64,000 nucleotides of DNA, from contig NIVC01003037.1 in the NCBI GenBank assembly GCA_002269645.1, positions 1 to 64,000 of the forward strand, read 5' to 3'. The stretch is from Macrostomum lignano (taxonomy: Eukaryota). The notes beneath the pieces are model-generated. The model was not told the DNA's origin. It ran no database searches and saw only the letters and a program-made list of their open reading frames with translations. The position numbers and the translations under genes are program-made. This document shows, piece by piece, positions 45,770 through 56,600 of this stretch; within the stretch, counting starts at the first letter, position 1, and every line of letters starts with the position of its first letter.

Positions 45770-48700
45770 TCACAGAGCCCAATGAGTCCGCTCAAAGCCC
45801 TGAGCAATGCTGCACAATATCGTACGGGACTCGTAGTCGCTCCTAGCCTCGAATACGTGACAGCGAAAGTCCCTGGCAATGGTGCAGGTGGTCTCGCCAC
45901 CCATATAGGCTACGAAACGGACGCAATCGAGCCTGCGACCACACGAAGCAATCTGAGGATAGGCGTGGCGCACCAGCACTTCTCCAGTCTGACAGTCGAT
46001 GGCTAAAACTTCTTTCTCGTCTAGTTCTAATCGGCAGGGCCTGTAGACGGCGGGATCGGGGAAGGCGGCCAGGACTCGCTCGATGCCCGGCTCGATAGAG
46101 GACACGCCGCCATTGCTGCCATGGACAGGTTGCCGACGTAGCGGACTGAGTATGTCGGAGCCATGTCGGGATTGGCTGCCGGTATGTCGTCCGATGCGTC
46201 CTCGTCTAGACGGGCGTGAATTGGCATCAGCTGAGATTGCCCAGCGGCGCCGTCCTCCGCCAGTGGATCGTCGAAGTTGACGCCCGGGATGCCGCGGGGA
46301 GCCTGCGGACAGTGGGGAGTGAATATTTGAGTTCATCCTGGTTAAAGTTTCTTACTTAACTAAGTGAGAAACCAGCAATATAAAATTCAAAACCTACAGA
46401 ATGGATCCCACACCTACACAACAGTGAATCCCACACCTACACAACAGTGAATCCCACACCTACACAGCAGTGGATCCCACACCTACAGAGTAGTGGATCC
46501 CACACCTACAGATAAGATCCCACACCTACACAACAGTGAATCCCACACCTACACAGCAGTGGATCCCACACCTACAGAGTAGTGGATCCCACACCTACAG
46601 ATAAGATCCCACACCTACACAACAGTGGATCCCACACCTACACAGCAGTGGATCCCACACCTACAGAGTAGTGGATCCCACACCTACAGATAAGATCCCA
46701 CACCTACAGATAAGATCCTACACCTACAGATAGGATCCCACACCTACAGATAGGATCCCACACCTACAGATAGGATCCCACACCTACAGATAGGATTCCA
46801 CACCTACAGAGTAGTGGATCCCACACCTACAGATAGGATCCCACACCTACAGATAGGATTCCACACCTACAGAGTAGTGGATCCCACACCTACAGATAAG
46901 ATCCCACACCTACAGATAGCATCCCACACCTACATATTAGATCCCACACCTACAGATCGGATCCCATTCCCCTACAGATAGGATCCCACACCTACAGAAT
47001 TCACCCTCACGGGAAATTTCTTGAGTAGAATCTGACGCGGAAATCTCGCAGCTACAAAAGACACAGGCAGCTCACCCTGGGCGCGTCCGGGTGCCGCCGG
47101 ACGTGATTGAGAAGGCCAGCCTGACCGGCAGACTTCAACAGATGCAGCAGCGGCTGATACAGGCTGGCATCCGGTAGTCTGGCCTTGATAAACCAAGTGG
47201 GCACCGGCCAACCCTGATTGTCCTTAATCATCTTGCGTATCCGGGCCCCGTTGAATTTGATGCATTGGCCCAGCAGTTCGTCTAGGATGTCGCCAGGCTC
47301 AATTTTGGCGTCTTCGGCGGCTACGGAACCGGGTAGGACGGCTTCAACCACCTGCCGCACGGAGGGAGGGAGTCCAGTCACAGAGAGTTTGGTTCAGAGA
47401 GGTTTCAGGAGAGACTTCAGAGACACTTCAGGAGAGAATTCAGAGACACTTCAGGAGAGATTTCAGAGACACTTCAGGAGAGATTTCAGAGGCACTTCAG
47501 GAAAGACTTCAGAGACACTTCAGGAGAGATTTCAGAGACACTTCAGGAGAGATTTCAGAGACACTTCAGGAGAGACTTCAGAGACACTTCAGGAGAGACT
47601 TCAGAGACACTTCAGGAGAGATTTCAGAGACACTTCAGGAGAGACTTCAGAGACACTTCAGGAGAGACTTCAGAGACACCTCAGGAGAGATTTCAGAGGC
47701 ACTTCAGGAAAGACTTCAGAGACACTTCAGGAGAGATTTCAGAGGCACTTCAGGAAAGACTTCAGAGACACTTCAGGAGAGATTTCAGAGACACTTCAGG
47801 AGAGATTTCAGAGACACTTCAGGAGAGACTTCAGAGACACTTCAGGAGAGACTTCAGAGACACTTCAGGAGAGATTTCAGAGACACTTCAGGAGAGACTT
47901 CAGAGACACTTCAGGAGAGACTTCAGAGACACTTCAGGAGAGATTTCAGAGACACTTCAGGAGAGATTTCAGAGACACTTCAGGAGAGACTTCAGAGACA
48001 CTTCAGGAGAGACTTCAGAGACACTTCAGGAGAGATTTCAGAGGCACTTCAGGAAAGACTTCAGAGACACTTCAGGAGAGATTTCAGAGGCACTTCAGGA
48101 GACTCAGGACAGGAGTCTAATAAAAGGGTGTCTAACCCTACACAGACAAAGCGCAGCAGATCGAGCCTGCCCCTTTCCTACCTGATGTCCCTGCATGCAG
48201 ACGAGATGCAGGCCCAGCTTAGAGCAGGGCACGAACTCGTAGTAGCAGTATCTAGGCAGCGACCAGCTGCAGTCAAGGAAGGCGGCATTGCGCAGATTTA
48301 GTGCAAATTTCGCTTTGGACAGTTCCAGCAGCAGGCTAGCGAGAATCTCGGCCAGGATGTCGTTGCCGACAATCGAGTAGAGATCGTCGTAGAAGTCGGC
48401 GGCCTGTCGCAGCACCCGGCAGAGTGTCAGCACCGGCCAGTGGATGAGGCGGCGCTGTAGAAGGCAGCGCACCAGAAGGCGTCCGCGGCCCAGCGGCTCT
48501 CGGACTCGAGGCTCGGATTTGGCTGCCTGCCAAAATATAATGCCAACAATTGAGATCCAAGCTCAAACCAATCAGAATTGAGATCCCAGCTCGAGCCAAT
48601 CAGAATTGAGATCTCAGCTCGAGCCAATCAGAATTGAGATCTCAGCTCGAGCCAATCAGAATTGAGATCTCAGCTCGAGCCAATCAGAATTGAGATCTCA

Positions 48701-49148
48701 GCTCGAGCCAATCAGAATTGAGACCTCAGCTCGACAGCTTAAACCAATCAGATTTGAGATCCTAAACTCAAAAGCCTGCCTGAATGAATGAAAAATGATG
48801 AGTCAGCTTGCCTACCTGAATTGCTGCCTCAACCCCGGGATGCAGGTGCCCGCCGCCCAGACTGTCGGAGCCGCCAGCTCCTGGAACCTGTTGAAAGTCT
48901 AACGTGACGCCAGGAGGTCGCCTTGAGCACAAATCCGGCAAGAGAAACATCCAGTGATAGCAATCTCGATGCCCAGAGAACAGACCAGCTGATTGACGTA
49001 AGCCTTTGGCTAGAATCTCTTCAAGAGTTGAACAGAGCGGCTCCAGACTAGGGTGACTGTCTGGTATGTCCGCCTGCGGCGGGTCGCCAACCCGCAACGA
49101 TAGTACGTGTTGCTTCAGCCGTTTTAACAAAGGATCCGAGACTGACAT
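45770..49148 (-). CDS. RUN + PDZ + PTB(PID) domain protein, ~495 aa. Exons 49148-48816, 48526-48182, 47351-47076, 46302-45770; -1 frameshift at 46119-46120
   Basis: RUN: LCSTLEEILAKGLR...GRGRLLVRCLLQ. PDZ: VVEAVLPGSVAAEDAKIEPGDILDEL. PTB: YSVRYVG...LVRHAYPQIASCG...FRCHVFEA...ILCSIAQGF. Three phase-0 GT-AG introns. YVGNLSM and GSNGGVSSIE are in different frames and join if one G is added. Confidence 0.82.
46400..46995. repeat. Minisatellite, 20-24-bp unit, RUN-PDZ-PTB intron 3
   Basis: ATCCCACACCTACA(GATAGG/GAGTAGTGG/CAACAGTG) repeated. Confidence 0.95.
47395..48105. repeat. Minisatellite, 22-bp (11+11) unit, ~32 copies, RUN-PDZ-PTB intron 2
   Basis: TTCAGAGACAC-TTCAGGAGAGA repeated. Confidence 0.96.
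48560..48760. repeat. Minisatellite, 28-bp unit, ~7 copies, RUN-PDZ-PTB intron 1
   Basis: GAGCCAATCAGAATTGAGATCTCAGCTC repeated; each unit has CCAAT and the palindrome GAGATCTC. Confidence 0.93.
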
Positions 49149-49224
49149 TTTTTATCGGAATGCTGTTGCTGTTGGAATCATTCATTGGATTGTTTAAATA
49201 TTTATATTAGCTAATTAATCTGCG

Positions 49225-51665
49225 TCTAACTGGAGTAGCTCAGGATGAGCAGTTGAGTAGTCTAACTAGAGTAGCTCAGGATGAGCAGTTGAGTAGTCTA
49301 ACTAGAGTAGCTCAGGATGAGCAGTTGAGTAGTCTAACTAGAGTAGCTCAGGATGAGCAGTTGAGTAGTCTAACTAGAGTAGCTCAGGATGAGCAGTTGA
49401 GTAGTCTAACTAGAGTAGCTCAGGATGAGCAGTTGAGTAGTCTAAATGGAGTAGCTCAGAGTGAGCAGTTGAGTAGTTTAACTGGAGTAGCTCAGGATGA
49501 GCAGTTGAGTAGTCTAAATGGAGTAGCTCAGGATGAGCAGTTGAGTAGTCTAACTGGAGTAGCTCAGAGTGAGCAGTTGAGTAGTTTAACTGGAGTAGCT
49601 TAGGATTAGCAGTTGAGTAGTCTAACTGGAGTAGCTTAGGATGAGCAGTTGAGTAGTTTAACTGGAGTAGCTCAGAGTGAGCAGTTGAGTAGTTTAACTG
49701 GAGTAGCTCAGAGTGAGCAGTTGAGTAGTCTAACTGGAGTAGCTTAGGATGAGCAGTTGAGTAGTTTAACTGGAGTAGCTCAGGATGAGCAGTTGAGTAG
49801 TCTAACTGGAGTAGCTCAGAGTGAGCAGTTGAGTAGTCTAACTGGAGTAGCTCAGAGTGAGCAGTTGAGTAGTTTAACTGGAGTAGCTTAGGATTAGCAG
49901 TTGAGTAGTCTAACTGGAGTAGCTCAGGATGAGCAGTTGAGTAGTCTAACTGGAGTAGCTCAGAGTGAGCAGTTGAGTAGTTTAACTGGAGTAGCTTAGG
50001 ATTAGCAGTTGAGTAGTCTAACTGGAGTAGCTCAGAGTGAGCAGTTGAGTAGTTTAACTGGAGTAGCTTAGGATGAGCAGTTGAGTAGTTTAACTGGAGT
50101 AGCTCAGAGTGAGCAGTTGAGTAGTTTAACTGGAGTAGCTTAGGATTAGCAGTTGAGTAGTTTAACTGGAGTAGCTCAGGATGAGCAGTTGAGTAGTCTA
50201 ACTGGAGTAGCTCAGAGTGAGCAGTTGAGTAGTCTAACTGGAGTAGCTCAGAGTGAGCAGTTGAGTAGTTTAACTGGAGTAGCTCAGAGTGAGCAGTTGA
50301 GTAGTCTAACTGGATTAGCTCAGGATGAGCAGTTGAGTAGTTTAACTGGAGTAGCTCAAAGTGAGCAGTTGAGTAGTCTAACTGGAGTAGCTCAGGATGA
50401 GCAGTTGAGTAGTTTAACTGGAGTAGCTCAGGATGAGCAGTTGAGTAGTCTAACTGGAGTAGCTCAGAGTGAGCAGTTGAGTAGTTTAACTGGAGTAGCT
50501 CAGGATGAGCAGTTGAGTAGTCTAAATGGAGTAGCTCAGGATGAGCAGTTGAGTAGTCTAAATGGAGTAGCTCAGAGTGAGCAGTTGAGTAGTCTAACTG
50601 GAGTAGCTCAGGATGAGCAGTTGAGTAGTTTAACTGGAGTAGCTCAGGATGAGCAGTTGAGTAGTCTAAATGGAGTAGCTCAGGATGAGCAGTTGAGTAG
50701 TCTAAATGGAGTAGCTCAGGATGAGCAGTTGAGTAGTTTAACTGGAGTAGCTCAGGATGAGCAGTTGAGTAGTCTAAATGGAGTAGCTCAGAGTGAGCAG
50801 TTGAGTAGTTTAACTGGAGTAGCTCAGGATGAGCAGTTGAGTAGTCTAAATGGAGTAGCTCAGGATGAGCAGTTGAGTAGTCTAACTGGAGTAGCTCAGG
50901 ATGAGCAGTTGAGTAGTCTAACTGGAGTAGCTCAGGATGAGCAGTTGAGTAGTCTAACTGGAGTAGCTCAGGATGAGCAGTTGAGTAGTTTAACTGGTGT
51001 AGCTCAGGATGAGCAGTTGAGTAGTTTAACTGGAGTAGCTCAGGATGAGCAGTTGAGTAGTCTAACTGGAGTAGCTCAGGATGAGCAGTTGAGTAGTCTA
51101 ACTGGAGTAGCTCAGGATGAGCAGTTGAGTAGTCTAACTGGAGTAGCTCAGGATGAGCAGTTGAGTAGTTTAACTGGAGTAGCTCAGGATGAGCAGTTGA
51201 GTAGTCTAACTGGAGTAGCTTAGGGTGAGCAGTTGAGTAGTCTAACTGGAGTAGCTCAGGATGAGCAGTTGAGTAGTCTAACTGGAGTAGCTCAGGATGA
51301 GCAGTTGAGTAGTTTAACTGGAGTAGCTTAGGGTGAGCAGTTGAGTAGTTTAACTGGAGTAGCTTAGGGTGAGCAGTTGAGTAGTTTAACTGGAGTAGCT
51401 CAGGATGAGCAGTTGAGTAGTTTAACTGGAGTAGCTCAGGATGAGCAGTTGAGTAGTCTAACTAGAGTAGCTCAGGGTGAGCAGTTGAGTAGTCTAACTG
51501 GAGTAGCTCAGGATGAGCAGTTGAGTAGTCTAAATGGAGTAGCCCAGGGTGAGCAGGTGAGTGGATGATCTAGCCTGAGTAGCCCAGGGTGAGCAGGTGG
51601 GTGGATGATCTAGCCTGAGTAGCCCAGGGTGAGCAGGTAAGTGGATGATCTAGCCTGAGTAGCCC
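49225..51665. repeat. Minisatellite, 36-bp unit, ~65 copies (to ~51560), followed by 3 copies of a related 40-bp unit
   Basis: T(C/T)TAA(C/A)TGGAGTAGCTCAG(GA/AG)TGAGCAGTTGAGTAG repeated, starting ~80 bp upstream of the RUN-PDZ-PTB ATG. Confidence 0.98.
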
Positions 51666-53680
51666 AATATAGCACAGGTAAAACATTCCTTAGTAAACTA
51701 ATTTAGTAACAAGCCTACAATTGACAATAAATAAACCAGTTAGAAGGCCATGCTCGCACTTAGAGACTTGAACTAATCAACTTTAAAAAAGTTTATTGAA
51801 CATGGAACAGAAAAATGTTTAAATAACATATATATTATTGTTTTTATTGTTTAGTTTAATTCACAAAAAGCACACAAATTCATTCACAGAAGCAGAACGC
51901 ACACAACGATAAAAAAGGTAATGAGACAACCCATAGGAAAAAAGACTTTGTTAAATTGCTTTATTAAAGCTAATATGGATTATGGATTTACTATTTATAT
52001 TAAGAAAAAATTCTTAAATAGGTATTTTTAAGTAGCTGCAATACTTCGATACAGAGTGGACACAAGCGTGTAATCAAGTACAATTTAGTAAAATAATTTT
52101 ACTAATGAAGCTAATTACATACTTTATTAAAAACAGTAGTAACTTTGTAATATTAAATTTACTAGAGTGAAACAAAAACTAAAAAATGTAAGAAACCATT
52201 TCAAGACCTAAATGTACTTTAACAATTTTTTTCAAACTTTATGTACAACACACGGGAAAATGTGCAACACTCTACTGAATTAACTAAATGAGTAGCGACA
52301 CGGAAATATTTTACAAGTATATGCACATGCTATAGAATAAAGTAATGATAGATGAAGTATTGAGTTTAGTCAAGGCAAAGTTTATTATCTAGTAAAATCA
52401 ATTAAATCTGAATTGGTTGTGTTATTAATGTTTATCATAACAGATTTGCTCTATTCCTACTAAAAGTACAGTAATTACCCGATAAAAACTGTACTCAGGC
52501 CAAGAAGCGTCCCCAGAGTCACTTGCAGATAACACTGGTAAAATAGGAAAGAATTGACTCCAGACGACTCACGTTTAAATTGGAAAGTCAATTTGAGGCG
52601 TTTTTTATTGTTTGCGACTCTGGGGCCGTAGAGAGTCTGGTTCGAATTTACGATTTTATAAAAACCTTATGTAGTCTACTTGGGTTAGTAGAAAGTTATA
52701 GGCTAACTCGACTCGAAAGTTATAATAGGCTTTTTCTTGTTTGCAGACTCTTCAGCGATTCTTGTCACGGTAAGGTTTTCAACAGGTTAAAGCTGATTAA
52801 TTTATTACATCAGCGTGAATTACAAATAAGCAATTTAAAACACATTTAACCAATATTAAAAGCCTGCATATTTCAAGCTTTGCAAGAAGAAAACAGATTA
52901 TTCCTGGAAATGAATTAAAGCAGAATTACTACCCAAAGAAAGCAAGTTACATGAGCAAGCACCAAAACAGGATTTAGTAAATTGAATTGATTCAGTTCAA
53001 GAAAAGTTTTATTTAAACATTATTTATCAAGCAAATTGGTGTGAACTAATTAGTACCTGTTTATGAATTTATACTAACTTTATTAAGTTTTATAGTATGT
53101 ATTATAAGATTATAAATCAACAAAATTCGACCACTCAGCGCTGACTGTCATCCTGTCAATCTATTTGCTTTTGTTTATTAGAGGCATAACTACTGGCATT
53201 TAATTTGTTCCATATAGCGGCTCCATACTTCACTTTAAGATTTTCATTCAGACGAAAGTGAGGCAAGTGAAGAAACGAAAGCGATGCATACATTCGCAAG
53301 AATTGCAACTGCCATGGAGAATCAAGATCAGTCCCTGTATTGTGGACCATGCTAAATGACGTCACCTCGTGTTGGGTGTAGTGAAATTTGCTAAAAATAA
53401 ATTGCATTACACAACTGTAACTCATGCTTGGGTTTTATAGCCACTATGGATTACTTTGGAGCAGCCGAAGCTACTGTCTATGGTCCAAACCGCTGCGCAC
53501 CCAGACAGCTTCAGAAGCCTCCTATTAGGTAGAACACTTCACACAAACCTGACGTTTTAGTGTATCCCTTTTTCTCGTGTAAATAGATATATTTTATGAA
53601 TTTTGTGAATAAGACATTGAGTGGCGTATCTTGCTGATATTCAAATTTGATTATATATTTATAGACGCGGCATACAGAGT

Positions 53681-56600
53681 CTACCGACCAATGAGCTGCC
53701 TGTAGTGGGCGGAGCTGGATGCAGAACCGCCGCCGCCGGCCCCTCCTGGCACTGTTGAGGCCGACGACGAGGCCGCAGCGGCAGCGGCAGCGGCAGCAAC
53801 GGCGGCGGCGGCCGACAAGCTGCTAGGAGTGACTGCGGCTACGGGTGGGACTACAGTAGCCCGGGCTTGAGTACAGGTGGCCATGTGCTGAGGCCAGTGC
53901 TTCTGCTGACAGGCAGTATCGCAGTACGAAGTGTTCCAACAGCAATAAAAGAATGCCTCCTTGCGACAGTAGGCGCACCATTGTTTCTTTTTTGTATCCT
54001 CAATTTTGCGCTTCAATTCGGATTCAAGCGAGTGCAGAGCGTCGCTAAGTACTTTCTGTTTTTCAATGTCAAACGCGGCCCGCTGTTCGCACATGGCTAG
54101 GCGGTGATTGTGCTCCATCTCGTGCACCTGCAGCTGGTGACGGAATACCAGCTTGGCCCGGTCTGCCGCGTGCTGCCGGCTCATTATGAGCAGTTTCTGT
54201 TTAAGGGAGGCCAACTCTTCATCGGCTGGGGTGGATGCTGAGGCAGATTGCTGAGCAGCTGAGACTGGCGGCTGGACAGGATTAGCCGCTGTTGTTTCCA
54301 TGGAAACACCAGATAAACTAGAGGACGAGACTGGTCCGCCACGTGCTAACTGGGCTAGGCTGTGCTCAAGAGCCTGGGCAAATGATTGAACAGCCATAGC
54401 TCGCATCTGCTCAAGCCAGGGATCAGTTGATGAGGGACATGATGAAGCTGTAACAGCAGCCCCGATGGTGCTCAGTGCTGCGGGTATTGAATGAATTTCT
54501 GTTTAAATGCAGAATCAGTACGAGACTTTGGGGTGCTTATATAATGACTCTGGAGACGTAGAGTCGTAGCTGAGGCGTGCTCTGAAAACTTCGCCTCATC
54601 TACTACTGCAAGTAACTTAACATTCAAAAACTGTTTAAAAAAGCCAGAAAACTTCGCACCATTATTGTTAGTTGAAGTCGTGGCGGTGCTGCTAGCTGCA
54701 ACGGATGATGCTGCACATGATGAAACGTTAGTTGACTCTTTAATTGTTGAGTTCTGCTGAGCAGTGGGCATATAAGCGGCAGTATTAGCACTGGCAGATT
54801 TCGCACCGGTAGAAGTTAAACCTACGGACGGATATTAAAGCACTTAGGTCAATTGTGACAAAACAGGATGATTTTTGCTGAGCTCTGCGCAACAGACGCT
54901 TAAATTGGCGCCCTCTAGCTAAAAATGGCGCCTTTTAGCTTAAATTGTGACGTCTTCTAACTAAAAATGGCGGCTTTTTCTTACTAAAATGGCGCCTTCC
55001 AACTAAAAGTGGCGCCTTCTAACTAATAGTGGCGACTTCCAACTAAAATGGCGCCTTCCAACTAAAAGTGGCGCCTTCTAACTAAAAGTAGCGACTTCCA
55101 ACTAAAAGTGGCGCCTTTTAACTAAAAGTGGCGCCTTCTAACTAAAAGTGGCGACTTCTAACTAAAAGTGGCGCCTTCCAACTAAAAGTGGCGCCTTCTA
55201 ACTAATAGTTGCGCCTTTTAACTAAAAGTGGCGCCTTCTAACTAATAGTGGCGACTTCTAACTAAAAGTGGCGCCTTCTAACTAATAGTGGCGCCTTCCA
55301 ACTAAAAGTGGCGACTTCCAACTAAAAGTGGCGCCTTTTAACTAAAAGTGGCGCCTTCTAACTAAAAGTGGCGACTTCTAACTAAAAGTGGCGCCTTCCA
55401 ACTAAAAGTGGCGCCTTCTAACTAATAGTGGGCGCCTTTTAACTAATAGGGGCGCCTTCCAATTAAATGGCGCCTTTTTCTTAGTAAAAGTGGCGTCTTC
55501 TCAATAAAAGGGGCGCCTTCTAACTAAAGTGGCGCTATTTAACTAAAAGTGGTGCTATCTGACTAAAAGTGGCGCCTTTTAACTAAAATTTCGCTAGAAT
55601 CATACCATCTGCTGCACTAGTAACGGTCGCAGCAGCAGCAGCAGCAGCCAGAGATTCTGTAGATTTAGCTTCAACAGCCGGGGATAGGCAGGACACTGAA
55701 GAGCTGCCCCGACTATTAGGCCGAGCAGGATCTGACGGCGCGCCGATAGAAGCTTTAGACGATCGTCTAGGCCGCTTGCCAGTAGTGCTTGCAGCTGTTG
55801 AACTACTATTAGTAGCAGCAAAAGATGACAATGCCGGTATGGTGTGCTTCGGTCGCAAGCTGGTAAATAGTTGGTCGGCTAGGGATTGGGAATAGGGCGT
55901 GTCCGGCGCCGGCAGCTGCAGAGCGTCACCGTATCTGATTGGGGAGAATTATTAAACACAATGATGTCAGTAGCATAAATATGCTTGCAGGTGGGCAGTG
56001 GGTGGTCAGTGAGCAGTCAGTGAGTAGTTAATGAGAAGTCAGTAAGCAGTCAGTGAGTAGTTAATGAGAAGTCAGTAAGTAGTCAATGAGTAGTAAATGA
56101 GCAGTCGGTGGGTGGTCAGTGAGCAGTCAGTGAGTAGTCAGTGAGCAGTCAGTGAGTAGTCAGTGAGCAGTCAGTGAGTAGTCAGTGAGCAGTCAGTGAG
56201 TAGTCAGTGAGCAGTCAGTGGGTGGTCAGTGAGCAGTTGGTGGGTAGTCAGTGAGCAGTCAGTGAGCAGTCAGTGAGCAGTTGGTGGGTAGTCAGTGAGC
56301 AGTCAGTGAGCAGTCAGTGAGCAGTCAGTGAGCAGTCAGTGAGTAGTCAGTGAGCAGTCAGTGAGTAGTCAGTGAGCAGTCAGTGGGTGGTCAGTGAGCA
56401 GTCAGTGAGTAGTCAGTGAGCAGTCAGTGGGTGGTCAGTGAGCAGTTGGTGGGTAGTCAGTGAGCAGTCAGTGAGCAGTCAGTGGGTGGTCAGTGAGCAG
56501 TCAGTGGGTGGTCAGTGAGCAGTCAGTGGGTGGTCAGTGAGCAGTCAGTGAGCAGTCAGTGAGCAGTCAGTGGGTGGTCAGTGAGCAGTCAGTGGGTGGT

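Noticed and set aside
50153-51223. Periodic ORFs in arrays (SSLTGVAQDEQL; also 44805-45701, 47218-48120, 43151-43995, 27906-28465, 25429-25860, 34112-35722)
   Set aside because: Translations of stop-poor minisatellites or GA tracts; neighbouring units contain in-frame stops; many lie antisense within introns.
52505-52630. ~15-bp inverted repeat CCCCAGAGTC / GACTCTGGGG with a ~90-bp spacer
   Set aside because: Short, no TSD, single instance; insufficient to call a MITE.
54294-54307. Perfect X-box palindrome GTTTCCATGGAAAC
   Set aside because: Lies within ZMYND8 coding sequence (V-S-M-E-T) and far from any start; probably coincidental.
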